From Paeniglutamicibacter sp. R2-26 (lineage in GTDB: Bacteria; Actinomycetota; Actinomycetes; Actinomycetales; Micrococcaceae): DNA of 64,000 nucleotides. Below, piece by piece: positions 9,210 through 17,263 of this stretch (position 1 is the first letter of the stretch; each line of letters starts with the position of its first letter). The position numbers were made by a program, and so were the translations under genes. A model generated the notes under the pieces. It was given only the letters and a program-made list of their open reading frames with translations. It did no database searches and was not told the origin of the DNA. Location of the stretch: the NCBI RefSeq assembly GCF_051550675.1, contig NZ_JBPULF010000002.1, positions 441,879 to 505,878 of the forward strand, given 5' to 3'.

Positions 9210-9998
9210 TCAGCGGGCGGTGAGGGCCTTGTCGCTGCGCAGCTTCTTGGAAAGCTCGTGGGCGTGGTGCATCAGCAGCCGGCCCAGCTCGGGACGCCGT
9301 TCGGGCAGGAAACGGGATTCGACCCCCGTCAGGCTCAGCGCCCAGGCAGGTTGGCCCGCCGCGTCGAAAACAGCGGCCCCCATCCCCCAGCTGCCCTCAA
9401 CGATCAGTGCGGGGTTCTCGGCCCAGCCGCGTTCCCGGGTTTCGGCGATGCGCAGGGCCAGGGCCTCGCGTGCGTGGTCGCTGCCGTACCCGGGTTCCAG
9501 GTCGTGGCCGTCCAGGTAGCGTTCGATGGCGTGCTCGGGCAGGAACGAGAGGATGGCCAGGCCTGCGGAGGCCACGCCGAGCGGGAACCTCTTGCCCTCG
9601 TAGAGGACGAAGGAACGGATCGGGAACGCGCCGTCGGCACGCAGCAGGCACACCGTTTCCTCGCCCCGCCGCACCGAAAGGAAAGCGCTTTCGCCCGTGG
9701 CATCGGCCAGCGCTGCAACGTGCTCCCGGGCGATCTCGGTGATGTCGTAGCGCTCGGCTGCCACGGTGCCCATGATGTACATTTCCGGGCCCAGCATCCA
9801 GAGCCCCTCCTGGTGGTCGTGGTCGCAGAACCCCTCGGCCGCCATGGCCCCCAGCAGCCGGTGCACCGTGGGCCGCGCGAGCCCGGTGCTCCTGGCCACC
9901 TCGGAGGTGGAGATGCCACGGGGCATCGCGGTGCTCACGGCGCGCAGCACCGCCGCCATCCTGCCGACCATCTGGGCACCGGGGAACGAAGAACTCAT
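9210..9998 (-). CDS. IclR-family transcriptional regulator
   Basis: N-terminal HTH (ISTSEVARSTGLARPTVHRLL) and C-terminal effector domain typical of IclR/PcaR. The six-frame ORF extends to 11000 but overlaps the thiolase; I took the start at ATG 9996-9998. Confidence 0.8.
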   Translation of the reverse strand: MSSSFPGAQMVGRMAAVLRAVSTAMPRGISTSEVARSTGLARPTVHRLLGAMAAEGFCDHDHQEGLWMLGPEMYIMGTVAAERYDITEIAREHVAALADATGESAFLSVRRGEETVCLLRADGAFPIRSFVLYEGKRFPLGVASAGLAILSFLPEHAIERYLDGHDLEPGYGSDHAREALALRIAETRERGWAENPALIVEGSWGMGAAVFDAAGQPAWALSLTGVESRFLPERRPELGRLLMHHAHELSKKLRSDKALTAR

Positions 9999-10178
9999 GT
10001 CCACATTATGGTCGATTTGACGCCACCTCACCACAAGTCGAGCAATGCCCTGTAACTTTTGCCGATTCGTTGACCGCCAATGCAACGCGTCACTACGGTC
10101 GAAGGGAGAATTCCGTGCATTCCACATCATGGACGATGTTGCGAAGAGCATGGCAAACAAGGTTTTTGAGGAAACAAC

Positions 10179-11348
10179 ATGAACGCATTGATCGCCGGGT
10201 ACGCCCGCACCCCCTTCGCACGATTCAACGGTGCATTTTCCAGCGTCCCCGCCACCGACCTCGGAGCCCATGCCGCGGCCGCCGCCCTCGAGCGTGCCGG
10301 CATCCAGGCCGCGGACGTGCAGCGCGTCTTCGCCGGGCAGGTGCTTCAGGCGGGCGCCGGCCAGAACCCGGCCCGGCAGTCGGCGGTCGGGGCCGGAATC
10401 GGCCTGAACGTCCCGGCGCTGACCCTGAACGCCGTGTGCCTCTCGGGCACCGAGGCCGTGGTTGCCGGCGCGCGGATGATCGCCGCCGGCGAGGCGGAGA
10501 TCGTGGTGGCCATCGGACAGGAGTCCATGTCGCTGGCCCCGCACGTGCAGCGGGCACGCGCCGGGACCAAGTACGGCGCGATCGAACTGCTCGACACCCT
10601 CGAGTTCGACGGCCTCACCGATGCGTTCGAGGCCCGTTCGATGGGCTCCTCCACGGAGGACGGCAACAGCGACCTGGGCATCAACCGCGCCGAGCAGGAC
10701 GAGTTCTCGGCCCGTTCCCACCGCCTGGCCGCCGAATCCGCCGCGTTCCATGCCGCGGAGATCGCCCCCTTCACCATCAGTTCCCGGCGCGGGGACACCG
10801 TCGTCTCGCTCGACGACGGTGTGCGCCCGGAAACCACAGCGGAATCCCTGGGCAAGCTGCGCCCGGCATTCAGCAAGGAAGGCACCATCACCGCGGGCAA
10901 CGCATCGCAAATCACCGACGGCGCTGCGGCAGTGGTGCTGGTCAGCCCGGCGGCGGCAGAACGCCTGGGGCTCACGCCGCTGGCGGAAATCGTCTCCCAC
11001 TCACTCGTCGCCGGTCCGGACGTACGGCTGCATGAGCAGCCAGCCAACGCCATCCTCGCTGCGCTGGAGGGCACGGGCATTGCACCGGCAGACCTGTTGG
11101 CCGTGGAAATCAACGAAGCCTTCGCCGCTGTCGGCGTGCGCTCAACCGAGAAGCTGGGCATCGACCCGGACATCGTGAACGCCAAGGGAGGCGCCATCGC
11201 CCTGGGTCACCCGATCGGGGCCTCCGGTGCCCGCATTGTCGGAACGCTCGCCCGCCAGCTGGCCGAGCTCGGCACCGGATCCCTCGGTGCGACGGGCATC
11301 TGCGGCGGCGGCGGTCAGGGCAGCGCCATCGTCCTCCGGGCACTCTAG
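10179..11348 (+). CDS. acetyl-CoA C-acyltransferase (thiolase)
   Basis: Active-site Cys region NAVCLSGTEAV and C-terminal GICGGGGQG. 389 aa. Divergent from the IclR gene, in a pcaR/pcaF-like arrangement. Confidence 0.85.
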   Translation: MNALIAGYARTPFARFNGAFSSVPATDLGAHAAAAALERAGIQAADVQRVFAGQVLQAGAGQNPARQSAVGAGIGLNVPALTLNAVCLSGTEAVVAGARMIAAGEAEIVVAIGQESMSLAPHVQRARAGTKYGAIELLDTLEFDGLTDAFEARSMGSSTEDGNSDLGINRAEQDEFSARSHRLAAESAAFHAAEIAPFTISSRRGDTVVSLDDGVRPETTAESLGKLRPAFSKEGTITAGNASQITDGAAAVVLVSPAAAERLGLTPLAEIVSHSLVAGPDVRLHEQPANAILAALEGTGIAPADLLAVEINEAFAAVGVRSTEKLGIDPDIVNAKGGAIALGHPIGASGARIVGTLARQLAELGTGSLGATGICGGGGQGSAIVLRAL

Positions 11349-11365
11349 GACTCCGACCCACCTCC

Positions 11366-11412
11366 AAAAGAGCACGTGGCCTGCATCGAACATGCAGGCC
11401 ACGTGCTCTTTT
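11366..11412 (+). terminator. 21-bp perfect hairpin downstream of thiolase
   Basis: AAAAGAGCACGTGGCCTGCAT-cgaac-ATGCAGGCCACGTGCTCTTTT, with A-run on the left and T-run on the right; looks bidirectional. Confidence 0.7.
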
Positions 11413-11479
11413 GCATCGCCTGGCCGGGGCAGTGGCCACGGCCGCCATAGAGATGCGCAAAATATCTTGATACTCACTA

Positions 11480-11511
11480 TTGACTCATGCGCAGAAACTG
11501 CGCATGATGTG
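11480..11511 (+). promoter_or_regulatory. AT-rich promoter with embedded perfect palindromic operator
   Basis: TTGACT (-35-like, 11480-85) is followed by palindrome CATGCGCAG-AAA-CTGCGCATG (11486-11506) that spans the spacer and -10 region. Local GC is far below the window average. ATG of the downstream gene lies at 11515, so the mRNA is leaderless or has a very short leader. Confidence 0.55.
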
Positions 11512-11514
11512 TTT

Positions 11515-11877
11515 ATGAACAACAAGAAGCGGACACCGATCGACGACGCCCGCCGGATGCTCTCGGACATACCGTCCGACCCGCTGGCGGCCGTCGAACG
11601 GCTGGGAGAGGCCCGCGAACTCATCGATGCGGCACTTAACGAGGCAATGGCCGAGGCCACCCTCGACGGCGCATCGATCCGTTCGGTGGCCGTCCGCGCC
11701 GGGCTCTCGCCCAACGCCGTCCCGCCACGGCTGGCCCGCACCGCGCAGCTCTCCGGCTACACCGATGCCGTGGGCAAGGTGTCGAGCTCCTCCATCGAGC
11801 GGGCCCGCTACGACTCGGAAACCGGGCGCCCGGCACCCAAGGAGCCCATGACCTTCAAACCCCGCCGCCCCAACTAG
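11515..11877 (+). CDS. small hypothetical DNA-binding protein (predicted HTH)
   Basis: 120 aa. Central segment ASIRSVAVRAGLSPNAV resembles a helix-turn-helix. High GC3. Immediately downstream of the palindromic operator. No family recognised. Confidence 0.55.
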   Translation: MNNKKRTPIDDARRMLSDIPSDPLAAVERLGEARELIDAALNEAMAEATLDGASIRSVAVRAGLSPNAVPPRLARTAQLSGYTDAVGKVSSSSIERARYDSETGRPAPKEPMTFKPRRPN

Positions 11878-11923
11878 CCGCCGTCCCAGGTCCCCACGCA
11901 CCACGTCCCGAAAGGCACCAGCC

Positions 11924-12577
11924 ATGACCGACAAAGACACCGCCCTGCTCGTCTTCCTGCTTGACCGTTCCGGCTCCATGTACGACATCAAGGAGGACAT
12001 CGAAGGCGGCCTGAACGCCTACCTCGACCAGCAGCGCGCCGAGGCGGGCACCGCCCTGGCCTCGCTCCACCAGTTCGACAACGTCTACGAGGACGTCTAC
12101 CTGGACAAGCCGCTGGACGAGGTCCCGCGTTTCACCCTGGAACCGCGCGGCTCCACGGCCCTTTTCGATTCGATTGCCCGGACCATCACCGAGACCCGCA
12201 AGCGGATTGCCGCGATGCCAGAGGCCAAGCGTCCGGGAATCGTGCACCTGAACATCGCCACCGACGGGCTGGAAAACGCCTCCACGAAGTACTCCCGCAA
12301 CGCCATCCGCGACTTGGTCCAGACCCAGCAGGAGGTCGACAAGTGGATCATTTCCTACATGGGTTGCGACCAGGACGCGGTGGAGGTCGGCACGAGCCTG
12401 GGGATCGCCCCGGAGCGTTCGCTGACCTACACGCGTGAAACCGCCGCCGAGGCCATGGACGCCTACAGCGCGCTGACCAGCACGGCCCGGCGAGCCCGCA
12501 GCCGCGGGGCGGACCTGGACGAGGTCCTCATCGGGTCGGTCTTCACGGAGGAGCAGCGCAAGGACACGGGCCGCTAG
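11924..12577 (+). CDS. von Willebrand factor type A (vWA) domain protein, stand-alone
   Basis: MIDAS motif LLVFLLDRSGSM (DxSxS) near the N-terminus. About 217 aa, the single-domain size typical of TerY-like vWA proteins. Confidence 0.75.
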   Translation: MTDKDTALLVFLLDRSGSMYDIKEDIEGGLNAYLDQQRAEAGTALASLHQFDNVYEDVYLDKPLDEVPRFTLEPRGSTALFDSIARTITETRKRIAAMPEAKRPGIVHLNIATDGLENASTKYSRNAIRDLVQTQQEVDKWIISYMGCDQDAVEVGTSLGIAPERSLTYTRETAAEAMDAYSALTSTARRARSRGADLDEVLIGSVFTEEQRKDTGR

Positions 12578-12588
12578 CCCGGGTTCCC

Positions 12589-12625
12589 GCCGGCAACGGG
12601 CGGCACCCGCCTACCCGTTGCCGGC
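12589..12625. terminator. bidirectional hairpin between convergent vWA gene and membrane-protein gene
   Basis: GCCGGCAACGGG…CCCGTTGCCGGC, 12-bp arms. Confidence 0.5.
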
Positions 12626-13753
12626 CATGGCCCGTTCCAGGGCCCGCTCGTCGACGGCGAGCGCCGCGGAGGTCGTGCGGACGAAGACCGCAAGCCAGCC
12701 GATCATGGTTCCCACGATGGCCAGCTCAAAGGCCGTCAGGTCGTAGTAGCGCAGCGGGCGCCACAACAGCCCGGCGCCGACGATGCCCAGCAGGCAGGCC
12801 ACGGTGAACAGGTGGAAGGCCACGGGGAATCCCGGCAGCCACACCGCCGCACCCAGCAGCAGCACCGCTATGAACCCCACGGCCAGCCGTGCCAGCCAGG
12901 AATGCACGGGTTCGGCCACGTCCAGGGGGACGAGCCCGATGCCCGTGGTGCAGATCCCCACACCGAGCAGGCAGACCCTGACCACCGCGGGGCGGGGACG
13001 CATGAAGCGCGCGGGCGGTCGGCCCGCCACCTTGGCGAAGTCGTCGTGCAGGCGGGCCATGAGGCTCAGGTCGCGCACGATGAACGCGGTCAGCGTGCTC
13101 AACACCAGCCCGGACACGACCAGGGTCACGTTGAATGTCCAGAAGGACGTCTGCCCCGATTGCCAGGTCCCCAGGGTTGAGAACATGCCGGTCCACCACA
13201 GGGGGTTCTCCGCCGCAAGCATGCTGATGAAGACCCCGGTGGCCAGGAACACCGCCAGGAGCGTGGCAAGGCTTTGGGCCGTCAGGCGCGCTGCGGAAGT
13301 CAGCGCGACATACCCGGCGATGCCCGCGCACACCCCCACCATGAGCCCTCCGGCATAGCGGTCGACGGTGAGGCCCAGGAAGGAATCCTGGAAGATCCGG
13401 AAGGAGACGAGTGCGGCCATGACGGAGATCGCCGCGTGGATGATCACCAGTGCCACGGCATTGGTGACCTGCCGGTAGAGCGGGAATCCCCTCAACCACG
13501 GTTGGGTGAGGACAAGGATCCTGAGGTAGCCCGCCAGGCTTCCGGCCGTCGCGGCACAGGCCGAGACCGCTGCCGCATAGACGGCCACCGAGCCGGTGCC
13601 TGCCAGGTTCGGGCGGTAGTTGGAGAACGCAATGAGGCCGATGCCCGTTCCCGCCAGGGTCCACCCCAAGCCCATCCACAGCGCCCAGCTTTCAACGCGC
13701 AGCCGGGTCTCCGCCGGCTCCGGCGGACGGTGGCCTTCCGGTTGGATCTCCAT
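12611..13753 (-). CDS. polytopic integral membrane protein, unknown function
   Basis: About 380 aa with roughly 10 predicted TM segments. Start preferred at MEIQPEGH (ATG 13751-13753). No family assigned from sequence alone. Confidence 0.55.
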   Translation of the reverse strand: MEIQPEGHRPPEPAETRLRVESWALWMGLGWTLAGTGIGLIAFSNYRPNLAGTGSVAVYAAAVSACAATAGSLAGYLRILVLTQPWLRGFPLYRQVTNAVALVIIHAAISVMAALVSFRIFQDSFLGLTVDRYAGGLMVGVCAGIAGYVALTSAARLTAQSLATLLAVFLATGVFISMLAAENPLWWTGMFSTLGTWQSGQTSFWTFNVTLVVSGLVLSTLTAFIVRDLSLMARLHDDFAKVAGRPPARFMRPRPAVVRVCLLGVGICTTGIGLVPLDVAEPVHSWLARLAVGFIAVLLLGAAVWLPGFPVAFHLFTVACLLGIVGAGLLWRPLRYYDLTAFELAIVGTMIGWLAVFVRTTSAALAVDERALERAMAGNG

Positions 13754-13897
13754 GTTGTCGATTCTGCCACCGGTCCCCCGCGTTTCGGGACGGAGAACCA
13801 CCGCCGAACGCGCAGATGCCGCGCCGGCGGGACCCGGGGGATCCTTGCTGCCGGCACGGCATCTGCGGGGAATCTGTTCAGCTTCGCGCTGCGGGAA

Positions 13898-15433
13898 TCA
13901 GTCCTGCCCGTCGCGGACCGACAGTGCCACGGGAGGCTGCGGGGCCATCGCGCCGCCAGGGTGCGTTTCCTCCCGAACCTTTCGGCCGAAGACGTAGCCC
14001 ACGATTCCCAGGGCCAGGATGCTTCCGAGCGTTCCCAGCGCGAACGAAGTGAAGGCGGCCTGTGAAAGCCCCCAGATCGCGTCGAAGTCGTACTCGAGCC
14101 CGAAGACCCGTTCAAGGGTTCCCGGGAACACCGCGACCCAGGAACCTACGGCGATCCAGGCCAGGCAGATCCAGCCCAGGACCTTGAACCCCGTGTCCGA
14201 CACCGGCACCTTGAACGGGCGCTCCACCGAGGGGTACTTGGTGCGCAGCCTGACGGCGGCCGGGATCGCGATCAGGTAGCTGAGCAGGAAAGTGGAGATC
14301 GAGATTGTCAGGACAACCCCGAACAGGGCGCTGCTGGACCCCGTCAGTTGCATGGCAGCCAGCATGAAGACCGTGGCCACGATGCCGGAGAGGGTGTTCA
14401 CGCGGATCGGAGTGCCGAGTTTCGGGTGGAAGCGCCCGAAGAACCCTCCGAAGAACGATCCATCGGCCGCCGCCATGGCCTGCATGCGGTCGCTGATGAT
14501 CATCCACGCGGCGCCCTGGGACACCAGGACGAAGCAGAAGACCACAGCGGAGATGGCAAGCATTGCTTCGGCGGCGGGGCCAAAGACGGTGTAGACGGTG
14601 GCCACCGCCCCGAAGAGGCCTCCGATGCCGGTGATCTCGTCCAGCGGAACCACCAGCAGGATCGCCAGGATCGGCAGGAGGTAGCTCGCCGCGGCCAGCA
14701 TCGAGGTGCGGGCGATGGAGATCGGGACGTCCTTTGCCGGGTTCTTCATCTCCCCTGCCGCACTGTTCCCGGACTCGAAGCCCAGGAAGGAAAAGAGCAG
14801 CAGCGGGGTGACACCGAGGAAACCGGCCATGGTGGGCGAGAAGAATTCCAGGTTCAGGCCGTTGAATCCGTGCTGGAATCCGTAGACGACCGTGACAACC
14901 AGGAAGAAACCGAGGAACAGGACCTTCAGGATGGCGCCGAGGGACGGCAGCCACTTGCCGTGCTTCAGGCTGATGATCGCCGAGGTGACGGTGATCCAGA
15001 TGAAGCCCAGCTTGAAGAGGTAGTCCGCCACCCCGCCGGCTTCGATGTGGCCCACGTACTCGGACCAGGTTTCAACGGCGACGAATGCCATGGCGCCGCC
15101 GACCCAGACCGGCTGGGTCACCCATGTGAACAGCGCCGCGATGGCGGCGACCACGCGGCCGAAAGCCATCTTCGTCCACACGTAGACACCGCCCTCTTCG
15201 ATAAACGTTCCACCGGTCTCGGCGAAGATCAGCCCGTAGGGAATCATGAACGTCACGGCCAGGATGAGCGTCCAGGTAAAGGTCTCTCCGCCGAAGCCGG
15301 ACACCTGGCCCAGGACCTCGATTGAGACAACGGCTGCGACAACCAAGAGGAGGATGTCCATGCGTCCCAGCGATTTCTGCAGATGCTTGGTCTGTTCCTG
15401 CGCGAGACGCGTTGATGATGCGGGGTGTTCCAT
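13898..15433 (-). CDS. APC-family amino acid/polyamine permease
   Basis: 511 aa, 12 TM helices. N-terminal half conserved with glutamate:GABA or putrescine-type APC transporters (FGGETFTWTLILAVTFMIPYGLIFAE). Confidence 0.8.
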   Translation of the reverse strand: MEHPASSTRLAQEQTKHLQKSLGRMDILLLVVAAVVSIEVLGQVSGFGGETFTWTLILAVTFMIPYGLIFAETGGTFIEEGGVYVWTKMAFGRVVAAIAALFTWVTQPVWVGGAMAFVAVETWSEYVGHIEAGGVADYLFKLGFIWITVTSAIISLKHGKWLPSLGAILKVLFLGFFLVVTVVYGFQHGFNGLNLEFFSPTMAGFLGVTPLLLFSFLGFESGNSAAGEMKNPAKDVPISIARTSMLAAASYLLPILAILLVVPLDEITGIGGLFGAVATVYTVFGPAAEAMLAISAVVFCFVLVSQGAAWMIISDRMQAMAAADGSFFGGFFGRFHPKLGTPIRVNTLSGIVATVFMLAAMQLTGSSSALFGVVLTISISTFLLSYLIAIPAAVRLRTKYPSVERPFKVPVSDTGFKVLGWICLAWIAVGSWVAVFPGTLERVFGLEYDFDAIWGLSQAAFTSFALGTLGSILALGIVGYVFGRKVREETHPGGAMAPQPPVALSVRDGQD

Positions 15434-15569
15434 GATCAGTCCTCTGTCATTGCCCCTTTGAGGGGGAGTTGTGAGCGCCTGGGCCGGAAACGGTCTCGGT
15501 AGCGCCGTAGACCCAACCCTAGATCGTGACCTGAATCACGGAAAGAAATACTTTTCGATCATCCACATC

Positions 15570-15601
15570 GGATATTCAGATGCAACTAATGGCGAATATC
15601 C
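15570..15601. promoter_or_regulatory. inverted repeat GGATATTC-N16-GAATATCC in AT-rich spacer between amidohydrolase and APC permease genes
   Basis: 8-bp arms. Lies 17 nt after the amidohydrolase stop and about 140 nt upstream of the permease start. Confidence 0.35.
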
Positions 15602-15617
15602 GCGTAGCGGCCCGCTC

Positions 15618-17258
15618 CTAGTTGCGTTGGTAAACCAACGATCCATCCACATAGGTTTGCTCAGTTCCTATCGTGCCCAGTTCGCCCACCCGCACCGCGT
15701 ATGGGTCCGCCTCAAGGACCACGAGATCGGCAACCATGCCGGCACGAAGCAATCCCCGTTCGGCCTCAAGCCGGTTGGCTCGTGCCGCACCGATCGTCGC
15801 CGCGTGGAGTGCGGCATCCACGACAATCCCCTCGTGCGCCAGCAAGGGATCATGCTGGGACCTCCGATCGGCGGCGTGCGGGTCCGCCGGGGGCGCCGTG
15901 CGGTTCACCGCCACGTGTACGCCCCACATCGGGTCGGGACTCGAAACCGGCCAATCACTTCCCATGGCCAGCGGGACACCGGCGACGCGCAGGGATTCGA
16001 AGGCAAAGTGCATCCCCCGGTGTCCGGCGTCCAGGTACGGCAATTTGGTTTCGACCAGCACGGGGTCCTGCCGGGCCCACAGCGGCTGGATGTTTGCGAT
16101 CGCACCGATCCGGGCGAATGCCGAGAGATCACGACCGTCAATGATGTCGAGGTGCGCCAGCTGGTGACGGGGATCCCATCCCGGACGACCCGGAAGATCC
16201 AGCGCTGCCAAACCGTCGCCGACGGCTCGGTCGCCCACGGCATGCAGGTGCAGGTCGAACCCTGCTGCGTCAAGGGCTCGGGTGATCAACGCCAAGGCTT
16301 CGGGCTCGATGAGCGTCATGCCCCTCTCATGCGGGTGTCCCCGGTAGGGGCGGGTCAACGCCGCCGTGAGGTTCTCGCACACCCCGTCCAGCATGAGCTT
16401 AACGGCCGTGGCCCGGAACCGCCCCCGGGCACGGGCACGCCTGTCGCGGAACAGGTCAAGTTGCTCGAGCCCCTGGTCCCGCTGCCACCACAGGGCGCCT
16501 GTCACCGTCGCGGTCAGCAAACCCTGCTCCTCCAGGGCCAGGTAGTGCTCGAAGACGTCGGGGGCTCCGAGGGCATCCCCCACGGCCGCATCCTGCCACG
16601 CGGTGATTCCCTTGGAATTCATGAAGGCCTGTGCCGCCAGCAGTGCGCGGCGGATGTGGTTTTCCCCGGGTGCGGGGATGAGCCTGGACACGAGTTCGGC
16701 GGCGTGCTCGATGAGCATGCCCGTCGCGTGGCCCTCGGAATCCCTGGCAATGATGCCCCCGTCGGGATCGGGCGTCGTATCCGTGATGCCGGCCAGCTCC
16801 AGGGCTCGCGTGTTCACCCACGCCCCATGGGCGTCATGGCTCAGGAAGTAGGCCGGCCGATCCGGAACCAATTCATCGAGCAGGTCCCGGTGGGGGAAAC
16901 CGCCGTCGAAGACATCCCCGTACCAACCACCGCCTTCCACCCACTCGTTGCCGGGGTTCGCCCGGGAATATCCGGAGATGAGGCGCCGGTAGTCGTCCCA
17001 CGCATGGACCTCGGAAAGATCGCAGGACACCATCTGGAGGCCTCCCATGAGCGGGTGGACATGGGCGTCCTGGAACCCCGGGAGCAGCGCTTTGCCGGCG
17101 AGGTCGACTACCTCGGTTGCGGCGCCGCGCATTCGGAGCGCCTCGTCGCCGAGCGCCACGACCTTGCCGTCGCTTACCGCCAGGGCGTGGCTGCGGGGGT
17201 TGGAGGCGTCCATGGTGTGGATGGGGCCGTTGCTGAACAGGAGGTCTGCGCTGGACAT
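15618..17258 (-). CDS. metal-dependent amidohydrolase (YtcJ-like, amidohydrolase_3 family)
   Basis: Start MSSADLLFSNGPIHTMD. HxH metal motif (FQDAHVHPL), with later HLHAVGD and GSDWPVSS motifs. The six-frame ORF to 17588 is an upstream extension that overlaps the permease. Confidence 0.8.
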   Translation of the reverse strand: MSSADLLFSNGPIHTMDASNPRSHALAVSDGKVVALGDEALRMRGAATEVVDLAGKALLPGFQDAHVHPLMGGLQMVSCDLSEVHAWDDYRRLISGYSRANPGNEWVEGGGWYGDVFDGGFPHRDLLDELVPDRPAYFLSHDAHGAWVNTRALELAGITDTTPDPDGGIIARDSEGHATGMLIEHAAELVSRLIPAPGENHIRRALLAAQAFMNSKGITAWQDAAVGDALGAPDVFEHYLALEEQGLLTATVTGALWWQRDQGLEQLDLFRDRRARARGRFRATAVKLMLDGVCENLTAALTRPYRGHPHERGMTLIEPEALALITRALDAAGFDLHLHAVGDRAVGDGLAALDLPGRPGWDPRHQLAHLDIIDGRDLSAFARIGAIANIQPLWARQDPVLVETKLPYLDAGHRGMHFAFESLRVAGVPLAMGSDWPVSSPDPMWGVHVAVNRTAPPADPHAADRRSQHDPLLAHEGIVVDAALHAATIGAARANRLEAERGLLRAGMVADLVVLEADPYAVRVGELGTIGTEQTYVDGSLVYQRN

Positions 17259-17263
17259 GGAAC

